NCBI GenBank assembly: GCA_045590055.1
Contig: JAZNQF010000080.1
Coordinates: 8,901-72,900 of the forward strand
Length of the DNA stretch: 64,000 nt
Source: Acutalibacteraceae bacterium
GTDB lineage: Bacteria; Bacillota; Clostridia; Oscillospirales; Acutalibacteraceae
Reading direction: 5' to 3'
Part shown: positions 18,202-28,153 of the stretch, piece by piece
Numbering within the stretch: the stretch's first letter is position 1
Layout of the letters: every line of letters begins with the position of its first letter
Position numbers and translations under genes: made by a program
The notes under the pieces: model-generated
Database searches by the model: none
What the model was told of the DNA's origin: nothing
Seen by the model: the letters and a program-made list of their open reading frames with translations, nothing else

Positions 18202-19146
18202 TCAGATATACCTTTCAATCCATTTGAGAACGTCGGATTCAACGGTTGCAACGGTGTCGCTTTCATTGAGAATCTCATGTCTGCAGTTGTTGTAAAGTGT
18301 CATGCTTACGTCTTTGACACCTGCGGCTGAAAGCTTATTCTTAACCTCTTCAATACCCTTGCCGTAGTTGCCGACGGGGTCGTCCTTGCCTGCAATGAGG
18401 AATACGGGCAGGTTTTTGTTCATTGAGGCATACCATTCCTTTGATGAAACGTATCCGAGCAAACCGAACATATCTCTGTAGCCGTAGGCGGTGAAAAGGA
18501 AGCCGCAGTATTTATCTGCAATGTATTTATCAACGATGTCAGTGTCCTTTGTCAGCCAATCAAAAGGTGTTCTGCCTTCAAACTTTTTGTTGTATGCTCC
18601 GAAAGCCATGCCGTTTATGAGGTTGCTTCTGTGATGGTCTCCCTTGAATTTTGCAATCAGCTTTGCAACTGCAATGCCTGCACTGACAGCGGGGTTTGCG
18701 CCTGCAGTGCCGCAGAAAATTGCGCCTGTGATATCGTTTGCGTATTTTGCGGCATAGCTCCTTGCAACAAATGAGCCCATTGAGTGACCGAAGAAAAAGT
18801 AAGGTGCATCGGGATACTCTTCTTTTGCAATAAGGGTGAGCTTGCGGCAATCCTCAACAAAGTTTTTCCAGCTACCGTCAGCAGTGCCGAAAAAGCCAAG
18901 CTCGCTGTCGTTTTTTATGCTCTTTCCGTGGCCGACATGGTCGTTGACAAAAACCGCAATGCCGTTGTCACAAAGGAAGCTGATGAAAGCTTCATATCTT
19001 TCAAAATGCTCAGCCATGCCGTGAGCAATCTGCAAAACGGCACGCACGGTAACACCGTCGGGCTTGTAGCTCGCGGCGTGAATGTCGCAAAGACCGGAAA
19101 CTGAGGGGAAGAAAAACTCGTTTTTAATGTATGACATTGAAAACAT
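18202..19146 (-). CDS. alpha/beta hydrolase, lysophospholipase / monoacylglycerol lipase-like
   Basis: HGMAEH...HVGHGKS and nucleophile elbow GHSMGS. Confidence 0.7.
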   Translation of the reverse strand: MFSMSYIKNEFFFPSVSGLCDIHAASYKPDGVTVRAVLQIAHGMAEHFERYEAFISFLCDNGIAVFVNDHVGHGKSIKNDSELGFFGTADGSWKNFVEDCRKLTLIAKEEYPDAPYFFFGHSMGSFVARSYAAKYANDITGAIFCGTAGANPAVSAGIAVAKLIAKFKGDHHRSNLINGMAFGAYNKKFEGRTPFDWLTKDTDIVDKYIADKYCGFLFTAYGYRDMFGLLGYVSSKEWYASMNKNLPVFLIAGKDDPVGNYGKGIEEVKNKLSAAGVKDVSMTLYNNCRHEILNESDTVATVESDVLKWIERYI

Positions 19147-19164
19147 CCTTTCTTGAATTAAATA

Positions 19165-19611
19165 TCAGAGGGTTTCGCCGTTTTCAATTGCAGAAATTTG
19201 GTCTACTCTGCGCTGATGTCTTCCGCCTTCAAACTCAGTTGAAAGGAAAACGTCAACAAGCTCGCATGCAAGGCCTGCGCCAACAACTCTGCCGCCGAGG
19301 CAAAGTGCATTTGCATCGTTGTGAAGCCTTGTGAATTTTGCGCTGAAATAATCTGAGCAGCATGCCGCACGGATACCATTGACCTTATTTGCTGCCATGG
19401 AGATGCCGATGCCCGTGCCGCAGCAGAGAATTGCTCTTTCACATTCACCGCTTGTTACGCTCAGGCAGGTTCTTTGTGCAATTGCGGCATAGTCAATTGA
19501 TTCGGGTGTGTATGTGCCGAAGTCCTTGTATTCAATGCCTTTACTGTCGAGATAAGTTTTAATCTCCTCTTTGAGTGCGAAACCGCCGTGGTCAGCTCCT
19601 AATGCTATCAT
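19165..19611 (-). CDS. rpiB: ribose-5-phosphate isomerase B
   Basis: 148 aa. IALGADHGGFALKEEI and CGTGIGISMAANKVNGIRAA. Confidence 0.85.
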   Translation of the reverse strand: MIALGADHGGFALKEEIKTYLDSKGIEYKDFGTYTPESIDYAAIAQRTCLSVTSGECERAILCCGTGIGISMAANKVNGIRAACCSDYFSAKFTRLHNDANALCLGGRVVGAGLACELVDVFLSTEFEGGRHQRRVDQISAIENGETL

Positions 19612-19612
19612 G

Positions 19613-20320
19613 TTAATCCTTCCTTTCGGTATTTTGTCTTTTTTTCAGCTCGCGCTCCGCCTGCGGAACACGAAGATATACGGGCGTGAGTTGCCCTGCA
19701 TCAACAGGGGCTTGGATTTCCAACTTCTTTTCTGCACACAGACCCACACAGCCTGCATGCTGGAGGACGATGTGGGCAGGGGCAAGGTGTGCGTTTTTGA
19801 GCGTGCATTTGTCAAAACAGAGCTTCGCGCCGTCACCGACGAAGTAAATGTCGCCCTCTATGTTCTTTAATCTTTCAAGAAGCTCGTCAATGGAGATTGC
19901 CTCGTCTTCGCTGAGACGTTCAATGCAGTTGCCGTTGATTGCAAACGAAGCGGTATACACCTGGTTGCATCTTGCATCCATTGCGCACACTGCGATGCAG
20001 TTGAAGCCCTGAAGTGACCATGCAATTGCTTCAAGTGTTGAAATGCCGATGCATTTTTTGCCCAGCGCATCTGCAAGTCCCTTGATTGCCGCAACGCCGA
20101 TTCTGACGCCGGTGAATGAGCCGGGACCGTGTGTGACGGCAAAAACGTCAACGGTGGAAAGGTCCGTATCTGCATTTTTGAACACGCCGTCAATCATGGG
20201 TATCAGCGTTTTACTGTGTGTGAGCCCTGCATCGCTGTAACATTCTGCAATGATTCTGCCGTTATCCGTCAAAGCGGCGGAGGCTGATTTTGCAGAACTG
20301 TCAACAGATAAAATTCTCAT
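19613..20320 (-). CDS. tsaB: tRNA t6A biosynthesis protein TsaB
   Basis: MRILSVDSS...GPGSFTGVRIGVAAIKGLA. It overlaps tsaE by 20 nt. Confidence 0.8.
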   Translation of the reverse strand: MRILSVDSSAKSASAALTDNGRIIAECYSDAGLTHSKTLIPMIDGVFKNADTDLSTVDVFAVTHGPGSFTGVRIGVAAIKGLADALGKKCIGISTLEAIAWSLQGFNCIAVCAMDARCNQVYTASFAINGNCIERLSEDEAISIDELLERLKNIEGDIYFVGDGAKLCFDKCTLKNAHLAPAHIVLQHAGCVGLCAEKKLEIQAPVDAGQLTPVYLRVPQAERELKKRQNTERKD

Positions 20321-20744
20321 ATTCTCCGCATCCTTTCACGGTGATTTTTCGTTGATTTTCTTCTTCGGTACGTTCAACTGTGACTTCAAAGCGGTTTTCG
20401 GGCAGAGCACCTTCAATGTTTTCGCTCCACTCAATGCAAAGGTAAGCACCGTTTTCAAGGTAGTCGAAAAAACCCGTTGAATATAAGTCGTCCCATGTTT
20501 CAACGCGGTACATGTCAAAGTGATAAAGTGGGGGATTGCCGCCGTAATCGTGCACAAGTGCAAAGGTGGGGCTTGTGACTTCACAGTTGAGCCCGAGACC
20601 CTTGGCAAAGCCTCTGACAAATGCGGTTTTACCCATACCGAGACCGCCGAAAAAAGCTACGGTGCAACCCTTTGGCATTTTTTGCGCAAGGGTTGAAGCA
20701 AAAGCCTCCGTTTCGGCAGGGCTTGACGTGACAACGCTGAACAT
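20301..20744 (-). CDS. tsaE: tRNA t6A biosynthesis ATPase TsaE
   Basis: Walker A GGLGMGKTAFVRG and a conserved SPTFALVHDY segment. Confidence 0.8.
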   Translation of the reverse strand: MFSVVTSSPAETEAFASTLAQKMPKGCTVAFFGGLGMGKTAFVRGFAKGLGLNCEVTSPTFALVHDYGGNPPLYHFDMYRVETWDDLYSTGFFDYLENGAYLCIEWSENIEGALPENRFEVTVERTEEENQRKITVKGCGEYENFIC

Positions 20745-20879
20745 GAAAACACCTCAAAAACTGAATATGGAAGAATTATAGCATAAATATAACTGAAGTT
20801 AAAGGGTTTTGCTTGAAAAATTCACATATACATATTATAATGTCAAAAACAGTGCTTTTTACCAAATAATCGGATTGGA

Positions 20880-22055
20880 TTGAATATAATGCGAACATTG
20901 AAAAGGATTGTCAGGGAGACAGATAAAGTCCTGCTTCTTATCTGCATGCTTCTGTCTGCTTTTGGTACACTGATGGTCACAAGCACCACATACCGAAAAA
21001 TTGCCGAAGGCAGTTGGATATCAAGAGACGGCTACGTTATGCTTTTGGCCTTAGGTCTCGGAATCGGCGTGTGTCTGTTTGTGTCTTTCATTGACTATGA
21101 TTTTATGCTGAAGCTATGGCCTGTTGTTGCCGCAGGCTGTGTTATTGTTATGCTGCTTTTGTTTCCTTTCGGCAGCTCACCGCAAGGCAGAGACGATGCT
21201 ATTTCGTGGTTTAAAATCACCGAGACGTTGTATTTCCAGCCGTCAGAGGTTGTTAAAATCGGTTTTATCATCACGTTTGCATGGCATCTTGAAAAGGTTA
21301 AAAGGGACATAAACAGTTTGCTCAATGTGTTTTTGCTGTGCGTTCATGCAGGTATACCCATTGTGCTTGTTGTGCTCACGGGTGACCTCGGCTCAGCACT
21401 TGTTTTCATGCTGATGTTCATTATTCTCATGTTTATTGCGGGTGTTCATTGGCTTTATTTTGTTTCGGGTGCGGCAATCTGCTGCGCCGCAGTGCCGGTG
21501 ATATGGTACAAGGTGTTCGGCACAATTCAGCGCAACCGTTTCCTTGCGCTGATATATCCCGACAGATACCCCGATGAAATCTATCAGCAGCAACGCGCGC
21601 AGACCGCAATCAAGGCGGGCGGACTTTTCGGTCAGGGCTTGTTCAGCGGCAAAAGCACGCAATCTGGCGCAGTGCCTGAAATTCAGAACGACATGATTTT
21701 TGCGGCAGTGTGCGAAGAGCTCGGCTTCATCGGTGCAGTTGCACTGATTCTGTTGTTTATGGTGTTGATTGCGCGTATCGTCTACGTCGGCAAACGTTCC
21801 GGTAGTTTTTCAGCGTTTCTTATGTGTTGCGGTGTTGCGGTTATGATAGGCGGTCAGGCAATCATCAACATCGGCATGTGCACCCAGCTCCTGCCCGTAA
21901 TCGGCATCACGCTTCCGCTTATAAGTGCCGGCGGCTCATCGGTTATCTGCACATATCTTGCAATCGGTGTTGTGTTGAGCGTTTACCGATACAGTTGCGT
22001 GCAGAAAACGCCTGACGATTTCAGGTATCGCCGCATAAGCACACCTTTTGAATAA
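20880..22055 (+). CDS. SEDS family protein (FtsW/RodA/SpoVE)
   Basis: Multi-TM ORF of about 390 aa with the conserved DLGSALV, NDMIFAAVCEELGF and LPLISAGGSS motifs. The start (TTG 20880 or ATG 20889) is uncertain. Confidence 0.75.
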   Translation: MNIMRTLKRIVRETDKVLLLICMLLSAFGTLMVTSTTYRKIAEGSWISRDGYVMLLALGLGIGVCLFVSFIDYDFMLKLWPVVAAGCVIVMLLLFPFGSSPQGRDDAISWFKITETLYFQPSEVVKIGFIITFAWHLEKVKRDINSLLNVFLLCVHAGIPIVLVVLTGDLGSALVFMLMFIILMFIAGVHWLYFVSGAAICCAAVPVIWYKVFGTIQRNRFLALIYPDRYPDEIYQQQRAQTAIKAGGLFGQGLFSGKSTQSGAVPEIQNDMIFAAVCEELGFIGAVALILLFMVLIARIVYVGKRSGSFSAFLMCCGVAVMIGGQAIINIGMCTQLLPVIGITLPLISAGGSSVICTYLAIGVVLSVYRYSCVQKTPDDFRYRRISTPFE

Positions 22056-22126
22056 AGCGCACGCGGCTTATAACAGCCGCGGCGTTCAATTATAACTATA
22101 ACGAATTACATTTTGGAGGAAATACA

Positions 22127-24568
22127 ATGTTTTTGTGCTACAGAAAGCCTGCAGAAATGAGCTACTACGGATGGGAAAACCAAGCACTGCCTCTCGGTAA
22201 CGGTAAAATCGGTGTTAAGGTTTTCGGCGGTCACAACTGCGAACTTCTGCAATTTAACGAAAAATCTCTCTGGACGGGCGGCCCCGCGGTTGAAGGCTTC
22301 ACCCACGGCGTTGAAAGACATGACAACGGCAAAGCTTTCAAGGAGATACAGAAGCTTCTCAGTGAAGGCAAAAACGAAGAAGCGCGCAAAAGAATGGTTG
22401 ATTTGCAGGGTAACGAAAGGGGACTCGGCGCATATCAGGCATTTGGTAGCCTTTATATGATGTTCGGCAACGAGGCGGCGGTTGATAACTACGTGAGAGA
22501 TCTTGATCTCGACACCGCATCTGCAATGGTGTCATACAAGTCGGTTTCGGGTGCACAGAACAGGCATTATTTTGTCAGCTACCCCGACAATGTTTTTGTG
22601 GGCAGAATTGTACCTACGGATGAATCGAAAATTACTTTTGATATGTACGTTGTGTCTGAGCAGAAGGGCATAATCGTTGCAAAAGATAACACCATCAAAC
22701 TGACGGGCACAGTCAACGGCAACGTCGGACTTGAGGCTGAAGCATCAGCGGATAAGAACGACATGCAGTATGCGTGTGTTATCAAGGTTATCACCGAGGG
22801 TGGCGAAACACTTGCAACAAAGTCAGGCCACATCTACGTTAAAGAGGCAGACAGTGTTGTTATCATAATGAGCCTTGCAACCGATTATAAAAACGAGTAT
22901 CCTCATTACAAGAGCGGTGAAGATCCCGTTGAGGTTGCAAGCCGCACGGTTGAAGCTGCGGCCGCAAAAGGCTTCAAAGCACTTTATAAAGCACACCTTG
23001 ATGACTATCAGGCAATTTACAACCGCGTTCAGATTGATCTCGGTCAGGAGGAGATCAAATATCCCACCGATTACATGCTTAAAAAGTATAAGCGTGGCGG
23101 CAAATTCTCAAAAGAGCTTGAGGCACTGATGTTCCAATACGGTCGCTATCTGCTCATTTCCTCATCGAGAGACGGCTCTCTGCCTGCCAACCTTCAGGGT
23201 ATTTGGAATGCAGTTAACAATCCTTCATGGAACTGTGACTACCACCTCAACGTTAACCTGCAGATGAACTATTGGCCTGCGCTGACCACCAACCTTTTTG
23301 AAACCACACCGCCCCTTATCGACTATATTGAAGGCTTGCTCAAGCCCGGCAGATACGTTGCCAACACCACACTCGGCATTGGTGAAAACCTGCCCGACGG
23401 CACACCTGACGTTGAAAAGGCAACGGGCTGGATGGTACACACACTCAGCAATCCGCTCGGCTTCTGCGGTCCCGGCTCAAGCTGGAAGTGGGGGTGGGCA
23501 CCTGCAAACGGCGCGTGGCTGATGCAGAACATCTATGATTGCTATGCCTTCACGCGTGACATCGACCTGCTTGAAAAGCGTATTTATCCCATCATGGAAG
23601 AATGTGCGTTGCTCTGGTCACAGATTCTTGCTGAGGACAAAGCAACGGGCAGACTTGTCAGCTCACCGTCATTCTCACCCGAACACGGCCCCGTTACTGC
23701 AGGTAATACATACGACCAGACAATCGTTTACGGCCTTTACACCGACGTGATTGATGCTGCACACGACCTTATAGATGCAGGCAGGGGAGAGGCTGTAAAC
23801 AAAGCTCTTATCAAAAAGCTTGAAAAACAGCTTCCCATGCTCAAACCGTTCAGCATTGGCAAAGACGGTCAGATAAAAGAGTGGTTTGACGAGGACAAGT
23901 TTGACAGAAAATTCAGGAAGCTCAACAATATCGACAGAAAGCACAGGCACATTTCACACCTTGTCGGTGTTTATCCTTATCAGTTCTTCACAAAAGAACA
24001 GCACGACCTTTGTGCCGCCGCAAAGCATTCACTTGTTGAACGCGGCAACAGAAGCACAGGCTGGGCGATGGCAATGCGCTTGCTTTGCTGGGCTCGTCTC
24101 GGTGATGGCGGCATGTGCGCATCTGTTATCAATGAGATTTTCAAACACGGCGTGCTTGAAAACATGTGGGGCACACATCCTCCCTTCCAGATTGACGGCA
24201 ACTTTGGATTCACCGCAGGTATTGCAGAAATGCTTGTTCAAAGCACAAAGGATTGCATCTATCTGCTTCCTGCAATGCCGCCCACGTGGAGAACGGGTAA
24301 AATTACGGGTATCAAAGCCCGCGGTAATTTTACCGTTGACGTTGAGTGGGAGAATTTCAAGCTGAAGAAAGCAACAATCCTCTCAGTTATGGGCGGAAAA
24401 TGCTCCGTATTTGTTAACAACGAGAAGTTCAAGGTTATTGATACCGACGAAGAAACCGTTGCAATTGAGTTTGACGATGGCCACGGCACGTTTGAAACAG
24501 AGGCAGGCAAGACCTATTACGTTGTGCCGATGTTTGAAACTCAGGCTTTCAGACAGAACATTAAGTAA
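22127..24568 (+). CDS. glycoside hydrolase family 95 (alpha-L-fucosidase-like)
   Basis: 813 aa. SLWTGGP, NLQGIWN and DYHLNVNLQMNYWP are characteristic of GH95. RBS GGAGG. Confidence 0.8.
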   Translation: MFLCYRKPAEMSYYGWENQALPLGNGKIGVKVFGGHNCELLQFNEKSLWTGGPAVEGFTHGVERHDNGKAFKEIQKLLSEGKNEEARKRMVDLQGNERGLGAYQAFGSLYMMFGNEAAVDNYVRDLDLDTASAMVSYKSVSGAQNRHYFVSYPDNVFVGRIVPTDESKITFDMYVVSEQKGIIVAKDNTIKLTGTVNGNVGLEAEASADKNDMQYACVIKVITEGGETLATKSGHIYVKEADSVVIIMSLATDYKNEYPHYKSGEDPVEVASRTVEAAAAKGFKALYKAHLDDYQAIYNRVQIDLGQEEIKYPTDYMLKKYKRGGKFSKELEALMFQYGRYLLISSSRDGSLPANLQGIWNAVNNPSWNCDYHLNVNLQMNYWPALTTNLFETTPPLIDYIEGLLKPGRYVANTTLGIGENLPDGTPDVEKATGWMVHTLSNPLGFCGPGSSWKWGWAPANGAWLMQNIYDCYAFTRDIDLLEKRIYPIMEECALLWSQILAEDKATGRLVSSPSFSPEHGPVTAGNTYDQTIVYGLYTDVIDAAHDLIDAGRGEAVNKALIKKLEKQLPMLKPFSIGKDGQIKEWFDEDKFDRKFRKLNNIDRKHRHISHLVGVYPYQFFTKEQHDLCAAAKHSLVERGNRSTGWAMAMRLLCWARLGDGGMCASVINEIFKHGVLENMWGTHPPFQIDGNFGFTAGIAEMLVQSTKDCIYLLPAMPPTWRTGKITGIKARGNFTVDVEWENFKLKKATILSVMGGKCSVFVNNEKFKVIDTDEETVAIEFDDGHGTFETEAGKTYYVVPMFETQAFRQNIK

Positions 24569-24575
24569 AAATGTA

Positions 24576-24623
24576 AATTCGGATATTTCCACGCTGACTG
24601 CGTTGAAATATCCGAATTCTTTT
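24576..24623 (+). terminator. intrinsic terminator after the GH95 gene
   Basis: 14-bp stem AATTCGGATATTTC / GAAATATCCGAATT followed by CTTTTG. Confidence 0.65.
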
Positions 24624-24704
24624 GTTATGGGGTATAATGAATGTAACTTTCCGAGAAACAGTTGGCAAGGATATGTTTTGAAAAAGTTTAACACGAAAGT
24701 GAAA

Positions 24705-25019
24705 CTATACCGGTGAGGTCAACAAATCGGATATCCATGCCCATATAAGGAATCTGTCAAAAAGCCAAAACTCTTGTGATGTTGGATAAACCCTATCACT
24801 TGAACCCTCAAAATCAGAATATTCAGTTATTAGAGTAAATCCCAAACTTTTATAAGTAGCGTCTCCGACACTACCGCTGTAGTTTTCTTCAATAACGATT
24901 AATGGTTCTGCAAGTGGATTTTTTGATAATCTTATAGATTCTTCAACAATAAAAAATGTATAAACCAGAATAACGGAAAGTATTATAATTCCTGTTGTTT
25001 TTATGACTTTCGTTTTCAT
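24705..25019 (-). CDS. small membrane-anchored hypothetical protein
   Basis: 104-aa ORF with one N-terminal TM helix. It is the last gene downstream of the sigma / beta-propeller pair. It is visibly AT-rich compared with its neighbours. Confidence 0.4.
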   Translation of the reverse strand: MKTKVIKTTGIIILSVILVYTFFIVEESIRLSKNPLAEPLIVIEENYSGSVGDATYKSLGFTLITEYSDFEGSSDRVYPTSQEFWLFDRFLIWAWISDLLTSPV

Positions 25020-25102
25020 ATAAAATACTCCTGACCTACATTTTCTTGTTTATCGAAAAAATCATCCCACATCACCGTAGGGTTCGGGTTATACTCGTCA
25101 CC

Positions 25103-27157
25103 CTACTCAACCTCAATCTCAACTGAGCCTGTTTTTTCAAAGTTGTTCAGGTCAAAGCGCTGAATAAGCGTGTTTGAAAGAGTGTAAACAGATTCACCGA
25201 TATACGTGCCTCTGAAATAGTCCGTGATGTCCTCACCGTGAACAAAGCCGTTGTACTTTTCAAGTCCGTTCTTGTTTACCTTCAACGTCATGAAGGAGTA
25301 AGTGTCGCCTGAAATGTAGTCTCCGTTCGGTGCGTATCTGTGAATCTGAAGCGGAATGCCAATCAGCCCTTTTTCCGCATAGAACATAAAGGCCTTCGGG
25401 TCGTTGTTAATTGACGTGTAAGCATATTCAACTTCAATGTTGTTGATTTCAAACGGCTTTTCGGGGTTGCTTATGTCAAAAAGTGAAACCTTAACGGGTG
25501 TATAACCTTTGTCGTTTGCTTCACCGTAACCGACGCCGACCACAAGTCCGTCACCTACGGGGTGCAGATAAGTTGAAAAACCGGGCAGCTTAACCTCACC
25601 GCGTACGGTGGGGTTCGTTGGGTTGGAAAGGTCAATCACGAATAACGGGTCTGTGTTAACGTAGGTTACAACGTATGCCGTGTTGCCCATAAAGCGTACG
25701 GATTTGATTTCCTCATTGTATGCAAGGTCTTCAACCTTACCGACAATGTTCAGCCCGCCGTCAAGCACGTATACACTGCTCACGTCAATGTATGTGCTGA
25801 AATCGTACGCTGTTGTTGCAATGCGGAAATATCCGTTGTATTCATCCATTGAATATTGATTGAGACAGTAACCGGGTACAATACCTTCAGCCTTGAAGCT
25901 GAGCTGAGTGCCGTTGATTGAAAAAGCCTTGATTTTTGTGTTATCTCTGTCTTTTTCATATACGTTTTTGGTGAGATACATGGTGTTTTGTGTGCAGTAA
26001 ACGTCAGATGCACTGTCAAGTGCGGCAAGGCTTGAAACCTTGCTTTCGAGCTGTGCCGTGTCAAATGCAGAAATAATGGCATAGGTCTGCGCATCGGGAG
26101 CACCCACTTCATCCCAATGGATGTTCACGCCTTCAACGCGCTCACCGTCAACTGTGGGTATGCAGTCTTTTTTGACTTCTTCCTCGGTTTTTGTGTAAAG
26201 GTCGGGGTTATACTCTGTTACAGTGTACACAATTCCGCCAACCATTCTTGATGAAATCATATGACCGTCCTGATTGAAGCGGCGCATTTCCTTGGGTGCG
26301 CTTCTGTCACTTACGTCATAAGTGATAACAACCGTGTCTCTGTCGGGGGAGTAAAATGAGCAACAACAGTAAAGTCCGTCAACAACCTTGTAATTGTCGT
26401 TTGCGCCTATCCAGCTGTTGCACAGAACAACCAAGGTGTCACCGTTGAGGTAGATGTTGGATACGTACAGATTCGTGCCTTCTTCGGCGTTTGCATCAGC
26501 TTCAATTTTTATTTGAGATACCGTGTTCATCCTGTCGGCATCAACAATGCTGATAACTGAGCCGCCGTTTATCGTGTACAGATATGTGCCGTCGTTTTCA
26601 ATTATGTCTGCCTCGTCAACACCGTCAACCTGAGTGTTTGTTTCACCGTGGCTGACATTCTCTCTGTTTGCGGCGGCACCGTTAACCGTGCCCGTTGTGA
26701 TTGTAGCATCTTTCATATCGTCGGCTGAGAAAAAGAAATCGCCGTCGGCTACCGATACCGTCCAGCCTTCTTTGAGCGTAGCTTCTTCCTTATCGATCTC
26801 TTTTTTTAATGACAGAAAATGATTTTCGACTTTCTTGTGCATACTGTCGTCGATTTGTAAGGTTGCGGTTGTTGCTTCATCTGCAAGTGTTGTCTGCTCA
26901 GTCGGCTGAATGGTGCTCGGCCGAGTGCGCGTGAACGGTATGTTTTCAACCGCAATTGCACCTGCAAGCAGTACCGCAAGTGCGGCGGCAACCGAAGCAA
27001 TCCTCTTTATCGTACGTGATGTTTTTTTCTCCTGCATGGGTGTAATACCCTTTGATTTGATAAGCTCAACGGCACTTTCTTTTGAAAGTGACTCGGGACG
27101 CTGAGCGTTTGAATTGTTGATTCTTGCGAATATATCCTCGTTGTTCTGATTTTTCAC
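25103..27157 (-). CDS. beta-propeller domain-containing protein (COG4880-like) with N-terminal cytoplasmic segment and TM helix; possible anti-sigma partner
   Basis: 684 aa, GTG start after AAAGGAAG. TNTQVDGVDEADIIENDGTYLY is typical of the secreted beta-propeller family. It sits 37 nt downstream of an ECF sigma gene. Confidence 0.7.
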   Translation of the reverse strand: MKNQNNEDIFARINNSNAQRPESLSKESAVELIKSKGITPMQEKKTSRTIKRIASVAAALAVLLAGAIAVENIPFTRTRPSTIQPTEQTTLADEATTATLQIDDSMHKKVENHFLSLKKEIDKEEATLKEGWTVSVADGDFFFSADDMKDATITTGTVNGAAANRENVSHGETNTQVDGVDEADIIENDGTYLYTINGGSVISIVDADRMNTVSQIKIEADANAEEGTNLYVSNIYLNGDTLVVLCNSWIGANDNYKVVDGLYCCCSFYSPDRDTVVITYDVSDRSAPKEMRRFNQDGHMISSRMVGGIVYTVTEYNPDLYTKTEEEVKKDCIPTVDGERVEGVNIHWDEVGAPDAQTYAIISAFDTAQLESKVSSLAALDSASDVYCTQNTMYLTKNVYEKDRDNTKIKAFSINGTQLSFKAEGIVPGYCLNQYSMDEYNGYFRIATTAYDFSTYIDVSSVYVLDGGLNIVGKVEDLAYNEEIKSVRFMGNTAYVVTYVNTDPLFVIDLSNPTNPTVRGEVKLPGFSTYLHPVGDGLVVGVGYGEANDKGYTPVKVSLFDISNPEKPFEINNIEVEYAYTSINNDPKAFMFYAEKGLIGIPLQIHRYAPNGDYISGDTYSFMTLKVNKNGLEKYNGFVHGEDITDYFRGTYIGESVYTLSNTLIQRFDLNNFEKTGSVEIEVE

Positions 27158-27194
27158 GGTTAACTTCCTTTCGTTGTTTTTTTCGGATATGCGG

Positions 27195-27734
27195 TTATAA
27201 CGGAAAATGAGCGTTTGTGTCTGTTAGCTTTTTTCTCAGCTTTTCAGCGGTGCGTGAAAGCTTTGAGCGTACCGTGCCCGAAGGCAAGCTGAGCATCTTG
27301 CCGATTTCCGAGCTGTTGTAGCCGTAAATTGCGCTCAGGAGCAGTATTTCTTTTTCTTCATCCTCAAGTTGCAGCACAGCTTCGCGTAATGCAAGCTCCT
27401 CGTCGCCAATGAAGTCCGCAGAAGTATCTTCCGCTTCGTCTTGAGGTAGCGTTGTGTTCCTCTGCGTGATTTTTTCACGCAGAATATGCTTGCAGCAGTT
27501 CACAAGAATTTTGAAAATCCACGGCTTGAAGCTTTCGGCTTTTTTCAGCGCGCTTATTTTTATGTATGCGTTGCAAATTGTTTCCTGAACGGCATCCTCA
27601 GCCGCTTCCTTGCTTCCAAGATACCACAAAGCATAGCGATACAATTCATCGGCATACGTTTCATACAGTTCGCCGAAGGCTTCTGCGTTGCCGTTTTGCG
27701 CTTGCTTAACAAGCATTTTTGTTGATACGCTCAT
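27195..27734 (-). CDS. RNA polymerase sigma-70 family, ECF-type sigma factor
   Basis: 179 aa with region 2 (FGELYETYADELYRYALWYL) and region 4 (SSEIGKMLSLPSGTVRSKLSR). Confidence 0.8.
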   Translation of the reverse strand: MSVSTKMLVKQAQNGNAEAFGELYETYADELYRYALWYLGSKEAAEDAVQETICNAYIKISALKKAESFKPWIFKILVNCCKHILREKITQRNTTLPQDEAEDTSADFIGDEELALREAVLQLEDEEKEILLLSAIYGYNSSEIGKMLSLPSGTVRSKLSRTAEKLRKKLTDTNAHFPL

Positions 27735-27886
27735 TCAATCACATCCGTTTCACATATATAGAGCAAAAAAACAGCGTTAGTGTTGCATGTTACATAATAA
27801 TTTTACAGAATTTTCTCTGAAAAAACAATACGCACGTTGCAAATAATACTATCGGGCATGTGTGCCAAAAATTCAGGAGGTGTACC

Positions 27887-28048
27887 ATGGATAAAGAGAA
27901 GAAGCGCAAAAAGCGCAATCCCGACCTTGTTGAAGAAATCATCTGCGCGTGGAAAAATGAGGCTAAAGATCCCTCGGATGTTCTCGGCTCATACATCGGC
28001 ATGACCGCCGACGGTTTGCCGCCCGTGCAGGATGCTGATGACCTTTGA
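27887..28048 (+). CDS. small hypothetical protein (53 aa)
   Basis: ATG at 27887, 6 nt after AGGAGG, followed by a terminator hairpin (about 28060-28095). No recognisable family. Confidence 0.4.
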   Translation: MDKEKKRKKRNPDLVEEIICAWKNEAKDPSDVLGSYIGMTADGLPPVQDADDL

Positions 28049-28153
28049 ATTAAAGCGACACCTCCATTGTGAAGTGTCGCTTATTTGTGGTGCCTGCTTG
28101 ATATTCATTAATGTGTGTGCTATAATTGTTCAGCAAAAAAGTGAAAGGAGCGT

